Source: a virus | Lineage: Duplodnaviria; Caudoviricetes | DNA length: 64,000 nt | Virus record (IMG/VR): IMGVR_UViG_3300005512_002353 | Direction: 5' to 3' (one strand) | Shown here: positions 38,515 to 48,425 of the stretch, in pieces | How the letters are laid out: every line of letters begins with the position of its first letter | How positions within the stretch are numbered: position 1 is the first letter of the stretch | The notes under the pieces: generated by a model | The model's input: only the letters and a program-made list of their open reading frames with translations | Database searches by the model: none | What the model was told of the DNA's origin: nothing | Made by a program: the position numbers and the translations under genes

Positions 38515-38856
38515 ATGACCAGGCCTATTTGTGAAGCATGTAGACAGCACCACTGTGCTATTAACTATAAACGAAACGATAAAACATATTATCGCAGTCG
38601 ATGTTTGGCCTGTATCAATAGAAATCGTAAAGTAAGATTACCTGAACCTAGATGGAGATTGTCAGGTTACGTTAAAAAGAAAACCTGTGATCTATGTAAT
38701 TTCCGAGCAAAACACGGAAGTCAGATACATGTCTATCACATGGATGGAAATCTTAACAATAACGATTTGAGGAATCTGAGAAGTATTTGTTTAAATTGTT
38801 CTGCTGTTGTGCAAAGAGAAACAGCCTGGAAGCCAGGAGACTTATCACCTGATTAG
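38515..38856 (+). CDS. HNH-like zinc-finger protein
   Basis: Four CxxC pairs; YHMDGNLNNNDLRNLRSICLNC; likely start 38515. Confidence 0.65.
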   Translation: MTRPICEACRQHHCAINYKRNDKTYYRSRCLACINRNRKVRLPEPRWRLSGYVKKKTCDLCNFRAKHGSQIHVYHMDGNLNNNDLRNLRSICLNCSAVVQRETAWKPGDLSPD

Positions 38857-39441
38857 ATCTTCTACTTGTTTATAAAGATCGTCCAACGATCCATTGTTGT
38901 CTAAAGTGGCATCAAAATCTGTGCCAATCCAATCATATTCTGATCTGTGAACTTTTAGTGTTTCTAACTTTTTAGTATCGCCATCAACGGCATGTTGATA
39001 CCAAGCAGGTCTTTCTCCTCTGGTAACTTCTACACAAACAGCACCTAGATCTTTTAACATCTTAACTTCATTTTTAAATCTAACATCACTAATAATAATA
39101 TCATCATCTGTTTTACGTAATTTGTTTTCTAAACTTGCTAACCACATGTCATCGTGAAAGTGTCCTCTGATGACATCCGTGCCAACATGTTGTAAGATCC
39201 ATCTGGGTGTTAGGTGTGGCATGTCTAATCTTTTAGCCCACCATTCATCTACTTGTTCACGCCATTCACGGCTTGATTTTGAACGACCTTCTAGCATGTC
39301 TCGGTCCCATCCAAATATTTCACACATGGCATTTTTTAAATTGCCTGCAAAACTTTCTCTTCTAAACTCGTGTAAGTTAACAAGATAGTCTGCTACTGTG
39401 TCCTTGCCTGATCCTATAAGTCCGCTGATTGCTATGATCAT
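38845..39441 (-). CDS. deoxynucleoside monophosphate kinase (T4 gp1-like)
   Basis: ISGLIGSGKDT, TPRWILQ..GT, ISDVRF.NE, HRSE; start at ATGA overlap 39441. Confidence 0.9.
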   Translation of the reverse strand: MIIAISGLIGSGKDTVADYLVNLHEFRRESFAGNLKNAMCEIFGWDRDMLEGRSKSSREWREQVDEWWAKRLDMPHLTPRWILQHVGTDVIRGHFHDDMWLASLENKLRKTDDDIIISDVRFKNEVKMLKDLGAVCVEVTRGERPAWYQHAVDGDTKKLETLKVHRSEYDWIGTDFDATLDNNGSLDDLYKQVEDLIR

Positions 39442-39962
39442 TTTAGTTTGTTTACTCCAAGATGTTTGATGCATGATTGTAGCATTTCTATCTGACGTTT
39501 GCAATCATCTAGGGCATGATGGCTAGCCGATTTGACCTCTGGCATGTCCGGCCAGAGTGCGTATACTGTTCTAGCATCACGGACATTCCAAAACTTCCAT
39601 GGTAAACTAACACCAAGTTCTTTATAAGCGTGTTCCAATATGTTCATATCAAATGTAGGCCCGTTTGCCCATATCCTGTTGCTTTGCCATATCAGTTTGC
39701 CTAGTTCATCCAAGCACTCGTGTAGATCTCTGCGACCTACTTCCTCAAAGACTTCTCGCTGTGCTTCAGGCACTTGATGAGCCCACCATTCAATGGTGTT
39801 GTCATCTGTCTTACGATTTGGTTGGCTTTCGGGTGTCACCCTGGCATAGAAATGGCGTTCTGGCCAACCCGTGGATAGTGGGTCGAAGACCTGAGCCGCT
39901 ATAGTCATAATCATAGCGTCTGGGCCTGTAGCTAGTGTTTCGATGTCAATCATTAAATCCAT
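39438..39962 (-). CDS. DEDDh 3'-5' exonuclease (DexA/Rv2179c-like)
   Basis: MIDIETL, WANGPTFD, RDART, HHALDD. Confidence 0.85.
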   Translation of the reverse strand: MDLMIDIETLATGPDAMIMTIAAQVFDPLSTGWPERHFYARVTPESQPNRKTDDNTIEWWAHQVPEAQREVFEEVGRRDLHECLDELGKLIWQSNRIWANGPTFDMNILEHAYKELGVSLPWKFWNVRDARTVYALWPDMPEVKSASHHALDDCKRQIEMLQSCIKHLGVNKLK

Positions 39963-39968
39963 ACTCGT

Positions 39969-39997
39969 ATTATACTACCAATTGGATTTTATGTCAA
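39969..39997 (-). promoter_or_regulatory. consensus sigma70 early promoter
   Basis: TTGACA-N17-TATAAT, ATG 6 nt downstream. Confidence 0.85.
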
Positions 39998-39998
39998 C

Positions 39999-40403
39999 CT
40001 ATTTGCGTTTAGGTCCTTTTGGAGATATCTTCTTTAGGAAAGGTGTTTTTGGTTTAGCACGTTTTGACGTTGCTACTTTCTTAGGTTTGAGAACTTTCTT
40101 GAGTGCGTCTCTGCGTTTGAATTTGTTTAGGGCCTGCATTATACGGCTTGCCACGTTTACTTTTTTAGTTTTCTTTGCTCTGCGTGCCTGCACTGCCTTG
40201 GTTCTGGCACGGGTCTTTTTCATTTGGGCTCGTTTAGCGACGTCAACTGATGCACCGCACTGTGCTGGACTTGATACCAGTCTACCTGCACGATTACCAG
40301 TTTCGCAACGCCATTTCATTTTAACCTTGGCCTTGCCAGAAGCACCGCCCTTGCCTACACGGGCAAAGACCATACCTTCTGATATGATGTCACTGATCTT
40401 CAT
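39999..40403 (-). CDS. very basic putative internal/DNA-condensing protein
   Basis: MKISDIISE tag followed by K/R-rich body. Confidence 0.6.
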   Translation of the reverse strand: MKISDIISEGMVFARVGKGGASGKAKVKMKWRCETGNRAGRLVSSPAQCGASVDVAKRAQMKKTRARTKAVQARRAKKTKKVNVASRIMQALNKFKRRDALKKVLKPKKVATSKRAKPKTPFLKKISPKGPKRK

Positions 40404-41158
40404 TAACCAATGACCCAGCTTAGTGGCTCTGAATGATCCACGAACAGTTCTAGATCTCTGATCAATCTATCCATTTCTGCCTGTGCTTCTGCTTTTAATG
40501 CAGAACCGTTCAACGGTGTTCCGCCCTGTGGACCAGCGATCGTGGCAAACTTCTCTCTGGCCTCACCAATTATCATTTTTGATGTAGCGTAAGTGTAGTC
40601 TCTTAACCATTGTGATATTGGCGGATCTTGTAGTAATACTACTTCTGGTTTATAGTTGTAGTGCCATAATAAGACCTGTTCTCCTGAACCTTTTGGATCA
40701 CGAACGAGTGTTAGTTTCTTACTAACTGGTTCATACGTATAGTTTAAGTATCCGCCAAACATACGCATAGCCTGTTCTACATACTGTGTATATAGATCAA
40801 AGGTCGCCAAACCGCCGGCATATGAATAGTTTAACAAGTAAACATTTAGGGTTGCTGATGAAAACGGATCAAAACTTGATGAATACGGGCCTGTAGAGTC
40901 ACCCATTGTTCTACGGAAGATCTGTCTAACCGATTGAACTTCCTGCGGAAGTATATATTGATTAGTGTTTTCTGTTAATGTCAATAACGAATACGATTCT
41001 TCATAGGCATTTTGAGCTCTGGTTCTATAGGTATTCAGAGCCTTTGAATAAGCGGTTTCGTAGTGTTGTGGGTCAAGTTCAGTATCAACTATGCCTTCGC
41101 CTAATCGGTTAGCAACATAATCAAATACGTCCTGTTTTAATGTAGTTAAATCTGCCAT
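40403..41158 (-). CDS. gp13: neck protein (gp13-like)
   Basis: RLG....VDTELD, GEAREKF..IAGPQGG..LNG..LK.EA. Confidence 0.8.
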   Translation of the reverse strand: MADLTTLKQDVFDYVANRLGEGIVDTELDPQHYETAYSKALNTYRTRAQNAYEESYSLLTLTENTNQYILPQEVQSVRQIFRRTMGDSTGPYSSSFDPFSSATLNVYLLNYSYAGGLATFDLYTQYVEQAMRMFGGYLNYTYEPVSKKLTLVRDPKGSGEQVLLWHYNYKPEVVLLQDPPISQWLRDYTYATSKMIIGEAREKFATIAGPQGGTPLNGSALKAEAQAEMDRLIRDLELFVDHSEPLSWVIG

Positions 41159-41186
41159 GGTATTCTCCGTTAGCAGTATTTATCTA

Positions 41187-42320
41187 TTAGGTTGCTTTGA
41201 TAATAATAAGATTTTCGTTGAAGCGACCATTGACTGCTGTGCCGGTAGTTTTGAGGTCGTCAAACAGTTTACGACTATCCGGTTTGCCTGACATTCTTAA
41301 TTGCTTAATAGTTTCTTCTGGCTTACGCAGAGTCTTTTGACTTGACTTGTTAGTGTCAAACCCTAAGATACTTGTGCCCTTGACTGCGAACACTTTAGCA
41401 TAGTCGTCGGCAACGTAGTATTGTAGTTTACGATTCTTAACATTGTAGACCCAAAGCTCACTTGCTTTAAGAATCTTAACTGGCTCTACTGTTTCTAATT
41501 TAAACTCTGGATAGTTTCTTAGGTGTTTTAATTTCCTGACGATCTTCTCTGGAGGAACCGGTTTTTTCTTTCTTGTGCCTACTTTAGCCTTCTTACTCTG
41601 ATGATATGCGTCTAATTCTGCTATAATCGCCGCACAGTAGTTGATCATGTTCTTTTGCTGGGTCTTGGTATAACAACCATAGCCCTCGCTTAAATCAGCG
41701 TCTACGTCAGCTACAGCATCCTTGAGCTCTGCTTGTTGCCTTTCCCAATGTGTCTTGATCAGACCAACGTGCTGTGCCAGTATATTGTAATTGGCTAGAA
41801 TGTTCTGTATTCCTTCTGGCTTCTCGCTGGCCTTGATGTCACCTTCAAGGTATTTGTCCCATACAGCATCGATCTCGCCCGCGGCCTCGTGTGCCTTGGC
41901 TATCATTATTTCCTGTATGTTTGGTCTATTGGGTTTATCCTTGGCCGCTTCTTCATCATCACTGGCGGACTTCTGATGATTAGCTATTGCTTCTTTACAG
42001 GCATTGACCATGTGTTCTTTTTCATGCTCTGTAAGTTCTAGACCAATCAACGACATTCTAGCATACCATCCACTGGATATTGGAGTCCAGGAATCTTTGA
42101 TCTTACTAAAGTCTTTGACTAAGTCCTTGTGCTTGTTCAGTTCCAGCCATTCTATTAACCACTTCTTAGAAGTTTTCTTGTCCTGTGTGTAGTTATACCA
42201 ATTACATCTAGAAGCCAGTGCCATGCGTCTGTCGTCAGCTGATGGCTGTCCGTCAAACATCTTTTCGTCACCGTATGCTTTCCTGTCCTCTATAGATATC
42301 TTTGCTGGCTTTATGCTCAA
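41187..42320 (-). CDS. conserved hypothetical protein
   Basis: Long ORF ending KTLRKPEE...NGRFNENLII; probable TTG start overlapping upstream TGA. Confidence 0.6.
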   Translation of the reverse strand: MSIKPAKISIEDRKAYGDEKMFDGQPSADDRRMALASRCNWYNYTQDKKTSKKWLIEWLELNKHKDLVKDFSKIKDSWTPISSGWYARMSLIGLELTEHEKEHMVNACKEAIANHQKSASDDEEAAKDKPNRPNIQEIMIAKAHEAAGEIDAVWDKYLEGDIKASEKPEGIQNILANYNILAQHVGLIKTHWERQQAELKDAVADVDADLSEGYGCYTKTQQKNMINYCAAIIAELDAYHQSKKAKVGTRKKKPVPPEKIVRKLKHLRNYPEFKLETVEPVKILKASELWVYNVKNRKLQYYVADDYAKVFAVKGTSILGFDTNKSSQKTLRKPEETIKQLRMSGKPDSRKLFDDLKTTGTAVNGRFNENLIIIKAT

Positions 42321-42580
42321 AGTAGTGTTCCCATCGTAATCATTTTTTGATAATCTCTCAACATCTCGTTGCACTTATCTCTCGTCTCTAAGAAAGTCTG
42401 TGTAGGTTTATGTTTTCTCCTGCATTCAATTTCCGCTTTACTTAACTCAGAAATCATGGCAGAGATATTTTTGTTTATCTTCTCCAAGTCTTTTTTGACG
42501 TGAAAAGGTAGATTTTTTACTGTTTTTCGTAGTTCCGACTCTATTCCTTGCCAGTCTTCTGAAGTTTCAATTTGTAGCAT
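42317..42580 (-). CDS. hypothetical early protein
   Basis: 87-aa helical ORF behind sigma70 promoter. Confidence 0.6.
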   Translation of the reverse strand: MLQIETSEDWQGIESELRKTVKNLPFHVKKDLEKINKNISAMISELSKAEIECRRKHKPTQTFLETRDKCNEMLRDYQKMITMGTLL

Positions 42581-42587
42581 ATATCCT

Positions 42588-42616
42588 ATTATATAACTTT
42601 CCTATTTTTAGGTCAA
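42588..42616 (-). promoter_or_regulatory. sigma70-type early promoter
   Basis: TTGACC-N17-TATAAT, divergent from late ATAAATA (~42629) of gp14. Confidence 0.75.
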
Positions 42617-42656
42617 CCAAAAGGTGCGATAAATAGTTAGATAACGAGAACATAAG

Positions 42657-43820
42657 ATGCCAAGATTAAGTTTATATAGACAGAACAAGACCAACGACTA
42701 CAAGTTCATAGACAACAGAGTGCGTGAGATGTATACCGCCGGTGGTGTGGACATATTTGTTCACAAGTATCTAGGAACAAAAACAGTAGGCGATAGCTCT
42801 GTGAGAGACACAGGCGATGTAACTCGTCCAACATATGACGAGTCAGATCCATTACAGATTGAAGATTTATTGTTCCTTGAGAACAGGAACAGAGAATACG
42901 ACGATGACGTCTATGTCATGCGTGGTGTTTACAATGTCCAAGATATTGATTTTGATCTTAGCCAGTTTGGCCTTTTCCTGAACGGCGACACACTGTTTAT
43001 CACATTCCACTACAACGACATGATTGATTTCCTGGGTCGCAAGTTGATGGCTGGTGATGTGTTAGAACTGCCAAACTTAAAAGACTATCATCCATTGAGT
43101 GATGCGGCTCCAAAGGCCTTACCTAAATACTATGTGATCCAAGATGCGGCTTATGCCTCAGAAGGATTTTCGCCAACTTGGTATCCACACCTATGGCGTG
43201 TCAAGGCAACACCAATGGCGGCTACACAAGAGTTTGATGATATTCTCAACAAACCAATGGATCCAGATAATCCAGATGCAGGAACACTGGAAGATTTCTT
43301 ATCAACCAAGAACAAGAATCAAGAGATCAATGATGCTATTGTCCAACAGGCAGAGATCGAAGTCCCACGCAGTGGTTATGACAATACGGCATTTTATGTC
43401 ACAGCAACAGTAAATGACGAACCAGTCAATCCAAACGATGTATTGGTCGGTGATTCAACTACCAAAGATGGCACAACACCTAAGGTAGACGGCTACCTAG
43501 TTGGTTACATGACTGGCAATAACGTGCCACCAAATGGCTTACCAGTTACACCAGGTGTAAGTTTTCCAGCTAATCCAGGAACGGGAGACTACGCATTGAG
43601 ATTAGACTACTTCCCTAACAGACTGTTCCGTTATGATGGAACACGTTGGGTCAAGGTAGAGGATGGCGTGAGAACAGAACTAACACCAGGCGATACAGAT
43701 AACAAGACATTGAAAGAATCATTCCAGAGCAACCGAGCAACGGTGCAGACAACAGACAGAGGTAATATACCAAGTAGCCAATCATTGAGCGACTTGCTAA
43801 GACCCACAAAGGATAATTAA
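42657..43820 (+). CDS. gp14: neck/head-closure protein (gp14-like)
   Basis: MPRLSLY, DLLFLENR.R.YD, LSQFGLFL, GDVLELP; near gp13 and gp15. Confidence 0.7.
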   Translation: MPRLSLYRQNKTNDYKFIDNRVREMYTAGGVDIFVHKYLGTKTVGDSSVRDTGDVTRPTYDESDPLQIEDLLFLENRNREYDDDVYVMRGVYNVQDIDFDLSQFGLFLNGDTLFITFHYNDMIDFLGRKLMAGDVLELPNLKDYHPLSDAAPKALPKYYVIQDAAYASEGFSPTWYPHLWRVKATPMAATQEFDDILNKPMDPDNPDAGTLEDFLSTKNKNQEINDAIVQQAEIEVPRSGYDNTAFYVTATVNDEPVNPNDVLVGDSTTKDGTTPKVDGYLVGYMTGNNVPPNGLPVTPGVSFPANPGTGDYALRLDYFPNRLFRYDGTRWVKVEDGVRTELTPGDTDNKTLKESFQSNRATVQTTDRGNIPSSQSLSDLLRPTKDN

Positions 43821-45226
43821 TGGCAACCACAGTCCCATTTTTCTATGATGATCAGATAAGAAGATTCCTCATACAGTTTACGAGGATGTTCTCTAACTAC
43901 CAAGTTGAGTATGGCAAAGACGCATCAGGTGCGGCTACTCTAGTGCGTGTTCCTATCAGATACGGAGATGCATCAAGACAGGCGGCTACCATCATAGCAG
44001 ACAACTCAAGAAACAAGATGCCCAATGCACCAATGATGAGCTTTCATATCACAGCATTAGACTATGCCCGTGATCGTGTGCAGGAACCTTACTTCGTTGA
44101 CAAGAAGTCTCTAAAACAGAGAACCTGGGACGAAGCAACGCAGACTTACGAACAGACTCAGGGTAACGCATTTACGGTAGAACGTTTGATGCCTGTTCCT
44201 TACAACATGACCATACAGTTAGACGTTTGGGCATCAAACACCCAAATGAAACTACAGATCTTAGAACAGATACTTCCTTTGTTTAACCCATCAATGGAGA
44301 TACAGGCCACAGACAACTATATCGATTGGACCTCATTGAGTGTTGTGGAACTAACAGGTGTTAACTGGTCATCAAGGACCATTCCTGTTGGCACTGACGA
44401 TAACATTGACGTTGCTTCATTAACATTTAGTGTGCCTATGTGGTTAACAATGCCTGCCAAAGTTAAAAAACTTGGTGTTGTTCATAAAATTATTGCTTCC
44501 ATATACGACACAGACGGTAATGCCGCAGATGCTATCGTAGATGATGACATCTTAATGGGAACTAGACAAAAAATTACACCATTTGGCTATCAAATATTGT
44601 TAATTGGAAATCAGATACAGTTACTTGAACATGAACAAGTTGATCCAGCAGACGGAACATTGACTAAGAGTGATTTAATAGATACATCAAACCCATTGGT
44701 ATGGTCAGGATACATTGATACATTTGGTGAACTCAGAGATGGGATCAGTCAAATTAGATTATCAAGTCCTCATGTTGACACAGAGATAGTTGGCACTGTT
44801 GCTAAACATCCAACAGATGATAGAATATTATTGTTTAGTGTTGACGCAGACACAATACCAGGCAACACATTAGCACCAGTTAACGCTGTTATTGATCCTT
44901 TAGCAAGTGGTCCAGGTGCTGGTCTAGCAACTGCTGTTAGAGGTCAGCGTTATTTGTTAACAGATGCTATTGGTGATAGTAGTAATAGTAACCCAAGTGA
45001 TGCCTGGGGTAACTTAGTTGCTGAAGAAAATGATATTGTTGAATATGATGGTGGCGTCTGGAATGTGGTATGGAATGCATCAGATCAAACAGCAGACAAT
45101 TCAACAGACATCACAGACTACGTTACTAACTTAACTACAAGTGTGCAATACAAGTGGACTGGCACAATGTGGGTTAAAAGTTATCAAGGCATTTATCAAG
45201 GAGGCGAATGGAGTCTAGTCCTTTAA
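43820..45226 (+). CDS. gp15: tail terminator/sheath stabiliser (gp15-like) with C-terminal extension
   Basis: FFYD.QIRR, VPI.YG, MPVPY, QILEQI...FNP. Confidence 0.8.
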   Translation: MATTVPFFYDDQIRRFLIQFTRMFSNYQVEYGKDASGAATLVRVPIRYGDASRQAATIIADNSRNKMPNAPMMSFHITALDYARDRVQEPYFVDKKSLKQRTWDEATQTYEQTQGNAFTVERLMPVPYNMTIQLDVWASNTQMKLQILEQILPLFNPSMEIQATDNYIDWTSLSVVELTGVNWSSRTIPVGTDDNIDVASLTFSVPMWLTMPAKVKKLGVVHKIIASIYDTDGNAADAIVDDDILMGTRQKITPFGYQILLIGNQIQLLEHEQVDPADGTLTKSDLIDTSNPLVWSGYIDTFGELRDGISQIRLSSPHVDTEIVGTVAKHPTDDRILLFSVDADTIPGNTLAPVNAVIDPLASGPGAGLATAVRGQRYLLTDAIGDSSNSNPSDAWGNLVAEENDIVEYDGGVWNVVWNASDQTADNSTDITDYVTNLTTSVQYKWTGTMWVKSYQGIYQGGEWSLVL

Positions 45227-45639
45227 ACGCAGTAGGTATATGGTTCTATTCCGTATCCACTAGTAGATATCTATATCTCTTACGCAACGATCCCAAACAC
45301 CCTGGATCCTGGGGACTACCCGGGGGCAAGGTTGAAAAGAAGGAAAGTCTACTGGATGCTATGAAACGTGAATGCTCTGAAGAGATAGGATCTTTTCCTG
45401 ATACTATCAGAATTGTTCCAATAGAACAGTTTACATCAGCAGATAATCATTTCGTGTATCACACGTTCTTTGCTGTGGTAGCAGACGAATTTACACCTAA
45501 GTTAAATGATGAACATCAAGGATATGCCTGGGTAGATTCAGACACAATACCTAAACCACTACATCCAGGTCTTTGGTCCACCATCAATATTGAAGAAGTA
45601 AAAAGTAAAGTTAAAGTAGTAGAAGAATCAGTTAACTAG
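45208..45639 (+). CDS. NUDIX hydrolase
   Basis: WGLPGGKVEKKESLLDAMKRECSEEIG Nudix box. Confidence 0.9.
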   Translation: MESSPLNAVGIWFYSVSTSRYLYLLRNDPKHPGSWGLPGGKVEKKESLLDAMKRECSEEIGSFPDTIRIVPIEQFTSADNHFVYHTFFAVVADEFTPKLNDEHQGYAWVDSDTIPKPLHPGLWSTINIEEVKSKVKVVEESVN

Positions 45640-46322
45640 ATGTCAGCGTAACTAATCCACTCACCGTAGGTCATTTCTGAAAAGTTACGGCAATCTTTCC
45701 ATGCATCAGGTGTGTCTGTTCTTACCCTTCCGCCGTTTAGATTGTTTAGTGTGGATACCCTTGTGAAACGTGTTCCACGATATGTCTGCATTATTGTTAA
45801 TATCTCATTAGCAAGACCTTGGTTCTTACCTTCTTCAAAATCATACCCTAATAGGAATATTTCTTTGTGTTGATCAAATGCTGGCAACCAAACTGCTAAA
45901 GCCTGTTCACTCAACAGTGTGCTGTAGGGTATTAAGTATAGTTCTCCTGGAAACTTGAGACACTTGCCTGCTGATGAATATACCACGGTGTTGACCACAT
46001 ATTTGGATTCAACCAATCGTTGAAGTGTTTCTACGTTTTTTGATATGTAAAAGTTACATGACATCTCATCACATATCCTACCCGAACCATATGACTGTAA
46101 TCTCAATTTGCCTAATAGTCCGCCACGGTGTCCTTCAACTTTTCTTATGTCAAATTTACTGCGTGAATCACCGTCTGCTATCGCCACAGCACGGCCTGAT
46201 ATGTGTTGATTTTCAATTGGATTTTGGACCCACTCACGGTCCTGGACTTTCTTGCCGGCGACTATTCGACTGTTGGCTACAACAAACTCGCCCTCGTAGT
46301 CTGAGCGATAACGCTCATCCAT
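45636..46322 (-). CDS. hypothetical protein, degenerate paralogue of 54306-54884
   Basis: AVAIADGDSR / YGSG / IFLLGYD parallel AFVLGNGKSR / YGCN / IYFLGFD. Confidence 0.5.
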   Translation of the reverse strand: MDERYRSDYEGEFVVANSRIVAGKKVQDREWVQNPIENQHISGRAVAIADGDSRSKFDIRKVEGHRGGLLGKLRLQSYGSGRICDEMSCNFYISKNVETLQRLVESKYVVNTVVYSSAGKCLKFPGELYLIPYSTLLSEQALAVWLPAFDQHKEIFLLGYDFEEGKNQGLANEILTIMQTYRGTRFTRVSTLNNLNGGRVRTDTPDAWKDCRNFSEMTYGEWISYADI

Positions 46323-46323
46323 G

Positions 46324-46998
46324 TTACACCTTGCCTACGGCTACTTCGATTACACCTACTCCACTGTCAGTCTTTGCTTCGAGGGCTTTACCAACAACAG
46401 AACCTGGAACAAAATTTTGTGGATCCCATGCTTCAGCATGTCCCTCACTGGCTGATGTTACCAATAGATCACCACGTTCAATTGGACCCACTACCTTGCA
46501 CGGAACACGACCTGTGAGTGCTATGTCCTGGCCTTCTGACCTTTGATTCATCTTGTAAGCAGGGTCTGTGGAAACTATTCCGATGACCTTGTGATCAGCA
46601 TATGAAGAACAAGCAGTTACTTCTTTGGCTCCACCTATGACAACAACCGTTCCTGCCTCATACATGTCATCCGTGGCATATCGTTCTGCCAAGTCAGCAT
46701 ACTGTGCTGAGGTTGATTTAGCAAATACCGTATTGAATCCTACTGTTGCGTTACCAATATTACCAACTCCGTCTGCTGAACCGTTCAATGCTCCGCTGGC
46801 TATAGTTGGTGTTGTTAAGGTCTTGTTTGTTAGTGTTTGTGTAGATGCTTCACCCACCATTGGTTCTCCGCCCGCTGTGGTTCCATCATGTGCGACCAAT
46901 ACGTTTTTATCTGTGTCGTAAGATATCTCACCAGCAGAACCTGTGAAAGCATTGTTCTGTGCTGTGGTTCCTCTTCTAAATTGTAGCGTGGTAGGCAT
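46324..46998 (-). CDS. tail fibre/spike-type protein
   Basis: Mtd-N-like LQFRRGT...GE...DTD; C-terminal SAQYADLAERY...GRVPCKV.G...GD.LV domain. Confidence 0.7.
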   Translation of the reverse strand: MPTTLQFRRGTTAQNNAFTGSAGEISYDTDKNVLVAHDGTTAGGEPMVGEASTQTLTNKTLTTPTIASGALNGSADGVGNIGNATVGFNTVFAKSTSAQYADLAERYATDDMYEAGTVVVIGGAKEVTACSSYADHKVIGIVSTDPAYKMNQRSEGQDIALTGRVPCKVVGPIERGDLLVTSASEGHAEAWDPQNFVPGSVVGKALEAKTDSGVGVIEVAVGKV

Positions 46999-47038
46999 TT
47001 CCTAAATCCTCTGTATTCTTTTCGTTATTTATCTTGTG

Positions 47039-48415
47039 TTAAGCACCCACATAGGCTTCCGACTCGCCTAGGTCAATGGTCGTCGTTGTGCCAATTGGCT
47101 CCATCTGATCGTAGACCGTGCCCAATGACACTCCAAACGCATCTTGGGCACCTGACTCAAAGGGTGTCTCTACCGTGTCATCACTTGGTCCCGTTGCTAG
47201 ATCCTCGTTACCGCCTGCCGCCGGGTGTGTGGTTATGGTTGATGATTGGAAGCCTGATGCTCCGCCTCCACCACTTGCTGTTGCGAACGATAATGTTCCG
47301 GCACCGTCTGTCTGTAGGACCTGACCTGACGTTCCATCCTGTGATGGCCATTTGTATGTCACATTTGCTGTTATCGCTGTCGGAGCTCTAAAGGCCACAT
47401 AGTGACTGCCATCATTGTCAGGAAACGTTATAGTTCCTATATTACCTACAGCAAGATTACCGCCTGTGATATTACCTGATGCAACCACTGTTGAAGTATT
47501 GCCTAAACTTGCTGGTGTTGTTCCGTCTGCGGCGAACACACCCATGGTGCCTCCATCATCCTTGATGGTGATATTGCCTAGATTAATGGTTCCTGCCGCT
47601 AGGAAGATCTCATTCCACCTGTTTGTGGCATTACCTAAATTATAAGTTACGTTGACACTTGGTATTAAATTGCCCAGCACTAGACCGGTCGACAGTGATC
47701 CTGCCGTTGTGATGTTACCACCAGTGATGTTACCTGTGGCCGCAACCTGTCCTGCTGTGGTCAAGTTACCACCTGCAACGTTGCCTGTTGCTGTGACCGT
47801 GGTTCCTGCTGTGATTGAACCTGTAGCATCAATTAGGCCACCTGTTAAGATGTTGCCGCCTGTGATGTTGCCCGTGAATGTCGGAGCATCTGCTACTGCT
47901 ATCGTAAATGTGTCAGTGCCAGCATCACTTGACAGTGATATATTAGTTCCTTCTGATACTGTCAGTGTGTCGCCCACAGTGTCTGCCACCAAGCTGGTGC
48001 CGTCAACGGTCACTGTGCCAAAGCCATATGCTGATGCCTGTTCCCAATCCTGGTTAGTGGTGCCAATGGTTATCGTTCCATCAGTAGTCAGTTTCCAAAC
48101 TGAATCTGCGTATGTGGTTCCTTCCGTGACTGAAACTTGTGTGCCTGCCGTTATGTCATTGGCATCATCGGCGTCCTTGGTCCTGTTCCATGTGCCGTTT
48201 GAGCCCGTGCCAACCGTGGCCACATTATAGATACCGTTCTGTGCCTTGTTAGTCTGTCCTATGACTAGGACACGATCGCCCTGCGAGAGGCTGACTCCGT
48301 CTACCGTGGCTGGTGCTCCACCTGACAAGGTAACGTTTGATGTTGATATTGCCCTACAGGCAAACTTAAATGACGTTTCCTGTAGCTGGTGGGCTCTGGG
48401 CCTGGTTAATCCCAT
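47039..48415 (-). CDS. fibre protein
   Basis: GDRVLV..Q....NGIY domain, GNITGGN repeats, GQVLQTDGAG. Confidence 0.7.
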   Translation of the reverse strand: MGLTRPRAHQLQETSFKFACRAISTSNVTLSGGAPATVDGVSLSQGDRVLVIGQTNKAQNGIYNVATVGTGSNGTWNRTKDADDANDITAGTQVSVTEGTTYADSVWKLTTDGTITIGTTNQDWEQASAYGFGTVTVDGTSLVADTVGDTLTVSEGTNISLSSDAGTDTFTIAVADAPTFTGNITGGNILTGGLIDATGSITAGTTVTATGNVAGGNLTTAGQVAATGNITGGNITTAGSLSTGLVLGNLIPSVNVTYNLGNATNRWNEIFLAAGTINLGNITIKDDGGTMGVFAADGTTPASLGNTSTVVASGNITGGNLAVGNIGTITFPDNDGSHYVAFRAPTAITANVTYKWPSQDGTSGQVLQTDGAGTLSFATASGGGGASGFQSSTITTHPAAGGNEDLATGPSDDTVETPFESGAQDAFGVSLGTVYDQMEPIGTTTTIDLGESEAYVGA

Positions 48416-48425
48416 CTAGTATTCC

